64,000 bases of DNA from Octopus vulgaris (lineage: Eukaryota): NCBI GenBank assembly GCA_951406725.2, contig OX597835.1, positions 33,294,001-33,358,000 on the forward strand, in the 5' to 3' direction. This document shows, one piece after another, positions 50,776 to 64,000 of this stretch. A program made the translations under genes and the position numbers. The notes below the pieces were generated by a model. That model saw only the letters and a list, made by a program, of their open reading frames with translations, was not told where the DNA came from and searched no databases. Every line of letters begins with the position of its first letter. Position 1 is the first letter of the stretch.

Positions 50776-51561
50776 AGAATATAAAGGAAGAGAGAGTTTT
50801 CGACTCACAGACAGACGAATTGATAAACAGAGATGTCGGTGAATAGACTTAAAATTCAGTTGTAAAAGAGATTGCTAAAGTGATGACGGCCAAGGTGGAA
50901 AAGGGAGATAAGGAGATATCTTTTTTTTGTATATTTACGAGTGCATTGATATTTAAAATTGTTGTAATATGTAAATTGGATAAAGGTCAATGTTTAGAAA
51001 GAAGATGGACAGAAATTGAAGTAACGTCGAGAGGAAGCATATGGTGAAAACAGGAAACATTTTGTAAAAAGGAATAAGAATTTTTTTTTCTTTTTATCTC
51101 GCAAGAATAAACATGTTTATTTGAAATTGCGCAAAACGTATTTTTGAAGTACTAACGTTATCGTTAAACACATACATATTCCTATATTTTCTGTTATACA
51201 CAAACACACACACACACACACACATACATATATACATAAATACATGCAAGTGCAAAAGCACACCCGCTCACATACTTACGTATATAAATATCATACATTG
51301 GTACACATCAACTCATATTGTCTGATTGGTATTTAACTATTTTTCGGCTTCAAGTTAAGTTTGATTTTTTTTTTACTTTAGATTATGCTATTCATCGCTG
51401 CACTCCTAGCTGGATGGTAAAGAAACCTGCCTCCCAAAGAGGTGACAATGGGTTCAGTGCCGTTGCCCAGTACCTTCGACAGGGCCCTTTTTCAATAACC
51501 CCAATATGACCAAAGTTTCTGAATGAATTTCGAAGATGAAACTGTGTAGAAGCCTATCGTG

Positions 51562-51631
<70 letters not shown>

Positions 51632-51654
51632 CATATGTATATATACATACATAC

Positions 51655-51755
<101 letters not shown>

Positions 51756-51993
51756 TATACAAAATGAGAAAATGGAGAAATATATCTAAATCAATCATCA
51801 ACTATCAGATAATACCGAATCATATACTTTATTAAAACACTACACAATAGCAATGAGATTAGATATTAATACAGTACAATAATTACAATCAATATGGTGA
51901 GATATAACTAAATAACTATAACAAGATATAAAAATACATCAGTATATTGGATATATGTTATCCCATGGAGGGTTGAATTTACAACCCCTATCT

Positions 51994-52048
<55 letters not shown>

Positions 52049-52141
52049 TACGTTAGTTATCTGTTTGACAGATAACTAACAAGGAGCTGGAGACCTGTGT
52101 CTCTCTTCCATTTGATTGCGCATTTATTATGTTTTTTACTT

Positions 52142-52203
<62 letters not shown>

Positions 52204-52457
52204 ATAATTTTTTCAGTCGTTGAATTCAGGCCATGCTGTGGCACCGCCTAGCATAAAATCCGTGTTTGTGCTTGTTCCCGCAACATAGCAGTTTGTCAAA
52301 AGTATATGATAAAATATGTACCAGGCTTTAGAAATAATGATTGTAGTCAATTCGTTCAGCTAAATTCTTCAAGCCGGTGACCCACCATGGCTGCAGTCCA
52401 ATGACTGAAGCAAGCAGGAGACAAACGATATATTTACTCTCCTCACTCAGTTTAACA

Positions 52458-52468
52458 AACTACTACTG

Positions 52469-52512
<44 letters not shown>

Positions 52513-52555
52513 GTTACTAATACTATTACTTCCACCACCACCACCACTACCACCA
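52458..52555. repeat. (TAC)n/(CAC)n microsatellite
   Basis: Direct inspection. Confidence 0.9.
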
Positions 52556-52978
52556 ATAACATTCAACAGGTCGATTACAGTGATCCCAGTGCTCAACTGG
52601 TACTTATTTCATCGACTCCAGAAAGATGAGAGGCAAAGTTGACCTCAGCGGAATTTGAACTAAGAACGTAAAGAATGACAAACATGCCGCTAAGTAGTTT
52701 TGTCGGGCTAACGATTCTGCCTGCCAGAATGGAAAAGAGAAAAATAAGATCTCTTGTCTAGTTCTGGCGGCGATACTACTTCTACTTGAATTATGTGGTT
52801 TGTGGTTGGGTCCTACTGTGCGGCGTCTGGGATATATATATTTATATATATATACATATATATAATTAAGGGGTCCCAAATAAGGATGCCAAGTGCTAGG
52901 GACAAAAAAATGTGTCTAATTCGTCTTTTGTCCTGGGCCACTGGTAGTAATCTATGTTATTACCCTTTTTTGATTATA

Positions 52979-53040
<62 letters not shown>

Positions 53041-53087
53041 AGGAGGGAGAGAAAGAGAGAGAGAAGGAGGGAGAGAGAGAGAGATAG

Positions 53088-53506
<419 letters not shown>

Positions 53507-53689
53507 CAATTAATCAATATAGGGTAGCAAAAAATTCAATAGAAATTATATATTATATTTTGTGAAATTTGATTTAGTACTTCTAAATTGAATTTTTCCC
53601 TGTAAGTTTGGAATAATATTCCCTAATATTATTATTATTATTATTGTCATCATTATTATATATATATATATATTTACATATATGTATGC

Positions 53690-53725
<36 letters not shown>

Positions 53726-53739
53726 ATGTGTGTGTGTAT

Positions 53740-53782
<43 letters not shown>

Positions 53783-54415
53783 TACATACTCACACAGAAA
53801 CATGCGCCCCTAAACGCAACCACGCACGCTCCTCTAATAAGCAGAAATGCGTTTTTCCAGATCCCATCAATGTTAAACGCTCGACGCAAACTTTAGTGCC
53901 ACCAATAGCAATAATTTTTTTTAACCAGTCGCTTTTATCAGATCAATACAACAGCTATCAGTACGAAACGAAATGAAGTAGAAATTCACCTGCCACTCTG
54001 GTTTATCATTTTAATAATACAAAAGATAAGAGATGCTTAAAGTTAATTCTTTACTAGCATTTGTGTGTGTGTGTGTGTGTGTTTATGTGTGCGTGCGTGT
54101 ATATGTTTATAAAGACATATGTGCGTTACGTTGTGACATGCCTACGTACATACAAATATATGCCTACATATTTGTTTATCTATATATAATATATACACAC
54201 ACACATATATATATGTATGTATGTATTTATAAATAAATGAATAAATAGATAAATATATATATGTATCTATATATATAATCCAAGTGCATTCACTCTCACA
54301 CACACGTACGTACACAAACGTATCTCCCTCTCAATATATTTCTATATTGTGTGTGTGCGCGTGTGTGTATTCAGAGAGACAAAGAGAGATTTATACATAC
54401 ATATATATATATATG

Positions 54416-54475
<60 letters not shown>

Positions 54476-54527
54476 TATATTTATACACATATTTATTCAT
54501 ATGCACAAATATATGCATATATATACA

Positions 54528-54581
<54 letters not shown>

Positions 54582-55403
54582 GTATGTATGATGTTTGCAT
54601 GTGCACACGCAAATGAACACACACATACATGCACCTATGCACGTTCAATCACGTCGGAATGTATGCTGAGATTTTGCAAACCAAATCGCATTGTTCTCGG
54701 AGAAAGAAAAGTAAAAAAAATAAATAAATAAAATAAATGAAACAAATAAAATAAATACAAAGAAGCATTTTCCTAGAAATAATCACAGTTGGATACTAGT
54801 TTCATTGATTATTAATGCAGGAACATTGTGTTGTACAAGACTCACCCTTATCTAATATTTCTCCATCTTCTATAGCTTATTTCTGCTTCTAATCTTCCTT
54901 TCTCATAAAATTTTTACATATTCGTGCTTGTATTATTCCGTATATTTCTTATTGAATAATTAACTAAAATATTCTATCGCTTACTCTGTCTTTTCTGTCG
55001 CATTGTACAACAACCTCCTGTTTTGAAATATTCCTGACTATTTTCTAAAGAAGTTTTCGGGAATTTGGTGAGTAAAAGGCGTAGCTGGTGGCACCACGAT
55101 TTCATAGCTCTATTGGAAAAATCTTCGTCTTTATCTCTATATGTGAAATGGCTTCTATTTGAGGCAAATCCACGAAACGTATGCCTGTGTATGGTGATGT
55201 ATACACACACACAGATACGTTCACACACACACACACATGCATACGCTCGCAAACACATATATATATACATTCATATGCTTTTATATATATATGCATGTGT
55301 GTGTTTATCTAAACGTATCAGACACACGCACAAACGTATACATATGTACTCATTTATTGGACCATATCTATCTATCTATCAATTTCTCTCTCTCGCTCTC
55401 TCT

Positions 55404-55404
<1 letters not shown>

Positions 55405-55452
<48 letters not shown>

Positions 55453-55466
55453 ATATATGTATATAA

Positions 55467-55526
<60 letters not shown>

Positions 55527-55601
55527 ATATATGTATATATATATATGTATACGTATATATATATATATATGTATGTATAGGTATATATATGTATATATAT
55601 G

Positions 55602-55671
<70 letters not shown>

Positions 55672-55735
55672 TATAGATATATATATATAGATATATATAT
55701 ATATATATGAATATATATAAATATATATATATATG
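55405..55735. repeat. long interrupted (TA)n tract
   Basis: Direct inspection; similar tracts at 51565-51760, 53395-53500, 54400-54580 and 58118-58233. Confidence 0.95.
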
Positions 55736-56027
55736 CATGTATGCACGCTAACAGGAATAAGCTCACACACATATACATGCATACATAGTTTGCCCGTGTA
55801 TCCGTGCGTTGTGTGCATGCCCAAGTATGCATGCATGTTGTCTGTGCAAGCGTACAAACCCATATGTGTAGACACACTCTCTTCACCAAGTTTATAGAGT
55901 CTTTCTCAAATAACAATTCGTATTCATGAATGTGTGTATCTTTTATTTTCGGGGAAAGGCGTATTATGTCTGGGTGTATGTGTGTTCAGTGGCTGTGTTT
56001 GACTATGTTCCTGAATGTACTGTGTAC

Positions 56028-56136
56028 TGGAGCATGCGTGAATCTGTACACACTATCAAGTATATGTGTGTGTCTGTGCCTGTGTCCGTGTCTCTGTGTG
56101 TGTATTATGAATGTATATATATGTATGTATATATAT

Positions 56137-56185
<49 letters not shown>

Positions 56186-56198
56186 TATGCGTGTGTGC

Positions 56199-56232
<34 letters not shown>

Positions 56233-56365
56233 GAGCGTGCATGAATCTGTACACACTAACAAGTATATGTGTGTGTCTGTGCCTGTATCTGTATGTCTGT
56301 GTATGTATTATGAATGTATATACGTGTATATATATATATATATATATGTACATATGTATGTGTGC

Positions 56366-56400
<35 letters not shown>
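56028..56400. repeat. tandem duplication of a ~200-bp unit
   Basis: tggagc[a/g]tgc[g/a]tgaatctgtacacacta.caagtatatgtgtgtgtctgtgcctgt starts at 56028 and 56231. Confidence 0.8.
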
Positions 56401-56405
<5 letters not shown>

Positions 56406-57057
56406 AAATTTATGCATGTATGTTTGTGAAATGGTGTGTATGTGTCTGCATGATTCTAATGTACTCTGACTATGTGTTTTGTAAATGGAGTTTTCGCTGG
56501 TGGAGATCGTAATGAGAGATAGCTAACATTTATTAAATAACATTTTGCAAAAACTCTGTATGAACCCATGGGAAATATAGAAGCAAGCGGAAAGTCCAGA
56601 AACATACTTCGATATTTCAAACATAGCATTTGTTATGTATTTTCATGGACTAAGCAGAGTATGTTATTGCCAAATCAATAATTTGCCAACCTTGGAAGTC
56701 TGTTTTACAACTTAATGGCTCTCCAAATATTAATCTATCAAAAAATAGAAGAGAAAAAATTAAATAAATTAAAAAATAAATGATAAAAGTGAATATTTTT
56801 TTCCGAAACTACACCGATGTAAAAAAAAGAAAAAAAACTGTCTTTTATTTCATTTCATTTTGAATCATTTTTCATTTACATAAAAAATTAAAACAGAAAT
56901 ACAACACTGAAACATGTATAAGACAAAAAAAAAGGAAAACTTCAACCACTGATAGAATTAGTGAAAAGAATGGTGATAGACTGAGCTAGTAATACAACGC
57001 TATAGGCAGAAAATAATGAGTCACTCTATGCCTGTATTTGTAAATCACTTGAGCAAT

Positions 57058-57850
57058 GGCAACGAGCTGGCAGAAACGTTAGCACGCCGGGCGAAATGCC
57101 TAGCGGTATTTCGTCTGCTGCTACGTTCTGAGTTCAAATTCCGCCGAGGTCGACTTTGCCTTTCATCCTTTCGGGGTCGATTAAATAAGTACCAGTTACG
57201 CACTGAGGTTGATATAATCGGACTTAATCCGTCTGTCTGTCCTTGTTTGTCTCCTCTGTGTTTAGCCCTTTGTGGGTAGTAAAGAAATAGGTATTTCGTC
57301 TGCCTCTACGTTCAGAGTTCATATTCCGCCGAGGTCAACTTTGCCTTTCATCCTTTCGAGGTCGATTAAATAAGTACCAGTTACGCACTGGGGTCGATAT
57401 AATCGACTTAATCCGTTTGTCTGTCTTTGTCTTCTCTGTGTTTAGCCGCTTGTGGGTAGTAAAGAAATAGGTATTTCGTGTGGCGTAAAACGCTGAGTTC
57501 AAATTCCGCCGAGGTTGACTTTGCCCTTTATCGTTTCGGATTCGATAAATTAAGTACCAGTTACGCACTGTGGTCGATGTAATCGACTTAATCCCTTTGT
57601 CTGTCCGTTTTGTCCCCTCTATGTTTAACCCCTTGTGTGCAATAAAGAAATAAAAACGTTAGCACGCCGGGCGAAATGCTTAGCGCTATTTCGTATGTCT
57701 TTCGTAAGTTCAAATTCTGCCAATATCAACTTTGCCTTACATCCTTTCGAGGTCGATAAATTAAGTACCATCTGCGTACTGGGGTCGATATAATTGACTT
57801 GCCCACTCCTCAAAAAGTTTTCACCTTGTGCCGAGAGTAGAAAAGAATCG
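57058..57850 (+). mobile_element. tandem/nested array of four family A SINE units
   Basis: Tails aaagaaata join directly to ggtatttcg at ~57290 and ~57470; a fourth unit starts at ~57655. Confidence 0.88.
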
Positions 57851-58115
57851 TTAGCACGTCAGACAGTAAAGCTGAGGAACACTTTCCCTCCGAGTATTTA
57901 AGTTCTGATTTCATTCCTCGTCGACGTCCCATGTATCTTTCTTATCTTCGATCATTGGTTTCGATGTAATAGATCCGTCCCTCTTCTGATGTCATATCAA
58001 TCACTTATACACCATGGCAAACAGGTACCCGATTTTATGAGACCTTGTGGCCAAGAAGAAATTTTATAAAGTAGTTGCAAGAGTGTCGATAAGGCCGAAC
58101 ATGTTCCTTAAAAGA

Positions 58116-58236
<121 letters not shown>

Positions 58237-58606
58237 CACATATATCGGTGTATCAACAGACTTGTACCAACTCCGCGAATGAGTACTTTACATTCATAAC
58301 TATTAAAAATTGCATTTTCAAAAATCGTATTTTGCAGTTTTACGTCTCCGATAAAATTTTAAAATAACTTTGAGGACGGTAGACCCATTCGCATGAACCC
58401 TTGTCACTACTAATCTCTACCTTTCGCATTATTAGTTTTTTTTTTATGTTTGACGCATCAACGTTGCTCGAAATACAATTTCCGAACAAATCCCTGCAAA
58501 ATATCATTTAAAATATGCATTTAAAAATTCTTATAAGGAAGCAAAGCTTGGAAGGGGAATATTATCATATTCATTATCTCAAGAAAAAAAATAAAATAAA
58601 GGGTTT

Positions 58607-58978
58607 GGATCTTTTCTGTTCGAACGGCAGTTTTTAACATAATTTCTAGGTAACTAAAAAATTTTAAACTTCGTATACTGGTAGAATGTATTTATAAAAC
58701 ATCTTTTTCTCTTGGCTTTATTGAGATAATTCGATAGTTTGTAAGATATTTGTTGTTTTTTTTCTTCAATTTCTGTAATTTTAACCAATCAGTGATGTCT
58801 ATTGAGTTAAAAAAGCATTCTGTGCCGTATGAATATACCCTTCCCCCACCCTTAACCCTAACTAACCCTAACCCTAAAAGAGATTAAAATGCAATAGATC
58901 GATACTAGGGTCATAATTATGGGTGACAATTTCATATGACACCACTAGAAAAAACAGCCGTTCAAACCGAAAAGATCC
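58607..58978 (-). mobile_element. TTAGGG-carrying MITE (Merlin-like), copy 3
   Basis: Same TIRs; TSD aagggttt / aaggtttt (1 mismatch); internal deletion; (CCCTAA)n at ~58850-58877. Confidence 0.88.
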
Positions 58979-59593
58979 AAGGTTTTTCTTTCGAACTTTA
59001 AGCTCTTAGGGCCTATTTTCCTGCTTGTGTGGCATATATTTTCACCCCGCAACCACATGGACAGGACGCAGTTCCACACCCATTTTTGACAGAAGTGAAA
59101 TGAAATGATACGAATCTAAACCGCCATCTTAGGTTCATTAATGTAAACACTCTCATGACTGAGACACGCACCTTTGCCATTCGTTATCTCCAACCACGCA
59201 AAAACTCATCTCGGAAAAAAAAAATTATTTAGTTTTGTCTATCTAAGAACATTATCAGGAAAACAAATCGGCTTGTACTAATTAGAAGCTTATATATCCT
59301 GAGCTTTCAATTTGCATATATTGTCTGGACAGATATATATCTTCATTTCAAAAACATCTTTCGAAATGTTTCAAGTAATAATTTTTTCGTTTTTTTTTTT
59401 TTTGCTCTCCGAACTGAGTTGTCAATTTAACATTACGGTTAGAAAGAAAAAAATAATGAGTTAAAGTTGGAGAATGACAGTGACCGTGCACGAACTAAGT
59501 ATAAAGTTGTAGCAAGGGAACTTAGTGATTTACCTGAAAGGTCAAAACGAAAACAAATTTGTGAACGATAGTGTTAAAAAAAAAACAAATATT

Positions 59594-60004
59594 CGGTTTG
59601 AACTGCAATCTTTAACATAATTTCCAGATAACTATAAAATTTTAAACTTCGTATACTGGTAGAATTTGTTTATAAAACATCTTTTTCTCTTGGCTTTATT
59701 GAGAAAATTCTATAATTTGTAAGAAATTTGTTGTTTTTTTTTCTTCAAGTTCTGCAATTTCAACTAATCACTGAAGTTTATTGAGTTAAAAAAAACATTC
59801 TGTCCCTCGTTTAATAAACAGATTGGGTTTATTTACATTTCTGAAGAAAAAAAGATACCCTTCCCTCCACCCCTAAACCTAACCCTAACTAACCCTAACT
59901 CCAAAACAGATTGAAATGCAATAGATCGATAGTAGGGTCATAATTATAGGTGACAATTTCATATGAGACCGATAGAAAAACAGCCGTTCAAACCGAAAAG
60001 ATCT
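59594..60004 (-). mobile_element. TTAGGG-carrying MITE (Merlin-like), copy 4
   Basis: Left TIR tip deleted; TSD caaatatt at 59586-59593 and 60005-60012. Confidence 0.85.
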
Positions 60005-60389
60005 CAAATATTTCATTTTAAAATTGATTTCAAATTATAGCACAAGGCTACCAAATTTCGTGGAGTGGATAGGCTGATTATATAGACACCAAACCTCAAA
60101 TGCTGCTTGTTTTATCGATCTCGCAATGCTGGAAGGCTAATTCGAACTCGGAGGTATTTAAGCCCAGAACGTACAGGGAGACAAAATACTGCTAAACAAT
60201 TGTCCCGGCGTGGTAACGATTCTGCCAGCTCGCGGCCTTTTTTTTTTTCTTCTTAACCTTTTAATATTACGTGTATACGTAAGGCAGTGAGCTGGCAGAA
60301 TCGTTAGCGCGCCGAGTAAAAATTCTTAGCGGTATTTTGTACGTCTGTACGTTCTGGTTTCAAATTCTTCAGACATACAAAGATATATT

Positions 60390-60646
60390 TTTTCACTTGT
60401 CTCAGTCATTTGACATGCGTCAAAGGCAGAGCACCGCATTAAAGGATTCTAGTCGAAGAAATCGACCCCAAGATTTATTCTTTGTAAGCCTAGAACTTAC
60501 TCAACCAGTGTGTTTTGAAGGCGTAAAAATGTAAATTATGGAAACGTAAACACACCAACATCGTTTGTCAAGCGATGGCAGAGGTACAAGCACAGACACA
60601 AAGACACACACAAACATATCTCACTCTTCCTCTCTCTTTCTCTTCC

Positions 60647-60700
<54 letters not shown>

Positions 60701-60840
60701 CGACGAGCTCTTTTTCAGTTTCCGTCTACCAAATCCACTCAGAATGCATTTAATGGAAGACACTTGCCCAAGGTGCCACGCAGTGGGACTGAATCCGGTA
60801 CCACGTGGTCGGCAAGCAATCTTCTTACCACACAACCATA
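60390..60840 (-). mobile_element. family B SINE, degenerate
   Basis: tttcagtttccgtctaccaaatccactca...gacacttgcccaaggtgccacgcagtgggactgaa. Confidence 0.75.
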
Positions 60841-61231
60841 TATTAAAAAAGAAGTAGAATGTATTAATAAATCCAGGCAGATATTTTAAAAGCACTCAGT
60901 GAAATGAGAATTTGGTTAACTACATCAAACAATATAGGTGTGCATGTGTGTGTGTGTGTGTATGTGTGTGTGTGTGTGTGTGCGTGTGTGTGTGTGAGCG
61001 AACTAATATCCTAACTACAAAGTAGATGCAGTAGAATCGCGTCAGTAACCAGTGCAACTAAAAGGTTGATATCAAATGATAAATGTTTAATCGATGTTAA
61101 CAGTTTTCGTATGCTTGTGAATTGCTAATATGTATCTTCCAGGCTACAATCGAATTCCTTTCCCAAAACAGTCTCAGATCAAATCACTACCCTGGCAAGT
61201 AAGCCTCCAATCGGGGAACTGCCAAAAACTG

Positions 61232-61436
61232 CATGCCGGGCGAAATGCATAGCCATATTTCGTCTGCCGTTACGTTCTGAGTTCAAATTGCGCCGAGGTC
61301 GACTTTGCTTTTCATCCTTTCGGGGTCGATAAATTAAGTACCAGTTAAGCACTGGGATCGATGTAATCGACTTAGTCCATTTGTCTGTCCTTGTTTGTCC
61401 CTTCTATGTTTAGCCCCTTGTGGGTAATAAAGAAAC
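61232..61436 (+). mobile_element. family A SINE
   Basis: Nin core and tail. Confidence 0.85.
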
Positions 61437-61450
61437 ATATAATAACTTTT

Positions 61451-61762
61451 GGAGCCGTAATGGCCCAGTGGTTAGGGCAACGGACTCGCGGTTGGAGTAT
61501 TGCGGTTTCGATTCCCAGACCGGTCGTTGTGTGTGTGTGTGTTTTTTTAGCTAAAATATCTAAAGCTCCACGAGGCTCCGGCAGTGGCGGGTGGCGACCC
61601 CTGTTGTACTCTTTCGCCCCAACTTTCTCTCACTCTTTCTTCCTGTTTCTTGAATAACGCTGCGATGGCCTGCGTCCCGTCCAGCTGAGGGGAACGCATG
61701 CACCATAGAAACCGGGAAACCGGGCGCATGTGCCTGGCTAGGCTTTAAAAGGGCGCATAAAT
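61451..61762 (+). mobile_element. tRNA-Arg-derived SINE (family C), tail type 2 with V-domain-like segment
   Basis: Same 5' ~190 bp as 31755-32058, then ctgcgatggcctgcgtcccgtccag...gaaaccggg; ataataactttt on both sides. Confidence 0.8.
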
Positions 61763-61857
61763 AAAATGATAAATAATAACTTTTATTTTATGAAAACCTT
61801 TTTTTTTTCAAATGTTGTAAATATGTCAAGGACTTGTGGCAAAAACGTTTTATGAAT

Positions 61858-61896
<39 letters not shown>

Positions 61897-62054
61897 CATA
61901 TATATATATAGAGAGAGAGAGACAAATGTTAATATGACTCATCTTGTCAGATGACAGCCATCTCAAATGAGGCACCTTTACGTCTTTCAATTTAAGTTTC
62001 TTCAATAGTTTTACTACTCTCTTGGTCATCATAGTAGATTCCAGTGATAAATGT

Positions 62055-62268
62055 TCTTTTCTACTCGAAGCAAAAGGGCTGGAATTTTTAGGAAGGGGGC
62101 CAGTCGATTAGATCAACCCCAGCACGCAACTGGTACTGAATTTATCGACATCGAAAGGATGAAAAACAAAGTCGACCTCAGCGGAATTTGAACTCAGAAC
62201 GTAATGATAGACGAAATACTGCTATGCATTTCGCCCGGCGTGCTAACGTTTCTTCCAGCCTGCTGCCT
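62055..62268 (-). mobile_element. family A SINE
   Basis: Nin core on the minus strand. Confidence 0.8.
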
Positions 62269-62727
62269 GTTTTAGACTACAATACTTATATCAGAGTGTT
62301 TTTCTCCTACAAGAATTGCTTTTCGCGACGCCTTAGTGAAAAATAGCGTGAGCCCCCTCTAACGCTGAAAATTCTATTTAACTCATAGATTGAACCTTGA
62401 CATGTGCTATCGCCGTACTAGGTCAGAAGCGACCTGAGAGTAATGGTAATTAAAGAGTTCTTCGACGCTCTGCACAGCTCCCGAAACTGATGTCTCAGCA
62501 CCGAATACAGTTTAATGTCCTACCCAGAAAAACGTGTATATATTAGAGATAAAACCACTATTAGGCAAATCAAACAGTGAAAATCATAAACCAATACATA
62601 GAAATAAAATTAATTAATAAAAAATATATAAAATATAATATATATATTTTAATATATATCTATTTATACTATAAAATTAGATTTAATCCTAAATCTAATT
62701 TTTCCCTGTAAATTTGGATTTACTCCC

Positions 62728-62766
<39 letters not shown>

Positions 62767-63026
62767 AAAAAACATTTTGTTGGGGAAACACACGTGGTGG
62801 ATATATATAGAGAGAGAAAGAGAAAAGATTTAAAATCACAGAAGATGTGTTTAACAGGATTTAAGAGTATATCAGCGCCATGTTAATAAAGATATGCACT
62901 TTTGTACAAAATAAGGTTTTGTTCTTTCAAAATAATTGGAATAAGAACCGGCTCCGCATTACTCATCAAAGTGAGAGTTATAAAAGATAATTATATATAT
63001 ATATACATATAATATATATATATTCA

Positions 63027-63154
63027 CAGGGGTGATTCAAAAGTCGCCATATATAAGAACAATATATGTTTTTATAAGAAACAGTTTTCTTTATTTAACT
63101 GTTGCTTATAAGAAAATAAATTTCGTCTATGTATGGTGACTAGTGAATCACCCT
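63027..63154. mobile_element. small Tc1/mariner-type MITE
   Basis: caggggtgattcaaaagtcgccatatata ... tatgtatggtgactagtgaatcaccct inverted termini in TA context. Confidence 0.65.
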
Positions 63155-63159
63155 ATACA

Positions 63160-63196
<37 letters not shown>

Positions 63197-63644
63197 TACA
63201 TATATAGACACATGCACACGTACGCACATACACACAACCCCCACACACATATTTATACAAATATGTTTCTGACACTCTAGTACTGAAAAGAGGCAGCAAT
63301 AACCAGACACCAGGGCTTTGCTGTAATATTTTAACCTGAAAAGGACATCTCCTCTAGCTGGCTAACGGTACACAGCTGCATCGTTACACACACAAACACA
63401 CATGTATGTATGCATGCATGTATGTATATGCATGACTATATTCATATGCAAGCGCATTTGTGTTCCGGTGTTGTAAAATGGGGAGATGCAGTACTTTACT
63501 GAGTGAAATAAAAATTGACAAATGGGAGAGAAACCTAACAGTCTTTCATGTGTATCACAAAACTTACTTTAGACATCAAAAGCGTGACTAACAACGCAAT
63601 TCCGTCTCTAGTCAATTAACATTCATCAGAATATATACACGGAT

Positions 63645-63762
<118 letters not shown>

Positions 63763-63814
63763 AACTATAACTTTCCATATTCTACCACTTATTAATTATA
63801 TGAGTGCATATAAT

Positions 63815-63845
<31 letters not shown>

Positions 63846-64000
63846 GGATGTATGTATATATATATATATATGAGTATATATGTATGTACTAGTTTTGGAT
63901 ACACACACACATATATATATATGCAAACACACACATATATATATATATATGTATGTATATATATATATACATATATATATATATGTATATATATATATGT

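Noticed and set aside
58260-59400. Possible non-autonomous DNA transposon hosting MITE copy 3
   Set aside because: No termini or TSD could be defined by eye.
61451-61525. tRNA-Arg(TCG)-like sequence (also 31985-32058 and 24950-25027)
   Set aside because: These are SINE heads; the acceptor stem is incomplete and the sequence continues into a SINE body.

Overview
AT-rich, microsatellite-saturated metazoan intergenic/intronic DNA. The SINE families and repeat landscape point to an octopus or other coleoid cephalopod genome; this is an inference. No intact host gene is supportable; the only weak candidate is an exon at the left edge. Nearly all ORFs in the track come from microsatellites or SINEs. 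The standout structure is a ~3.1 kb head-to-head palindrome (4347-7470) of a 5'-truncated Penelope-like retroelement. It encodes RT plus a C-terminal GIY-YIG endonuclease (Hydra-clade-like motifs). Both arms are cut at the same nucleotide around a 6-nt loop, each carries a hammerhead-like fold, and both end in (TA)n. Other content: about 10 more hammerhead-like motifs beside microsatellites; a full-length decayed mariner; maT- and DUF4817-type transposase fragments; four RTE LINE 3' fragments; R4/Dong-like elements sitting in (CATA)n; a solo LTR nested in an RTE; four copies of a TTAGGG-carrying MITE with 8-bp TSDs; Tigger-like and Helentron-like non-autonomous elements; a 5S rRNA pseudogene; dozens of tRNA-derived SINEs; and several minisatellites.
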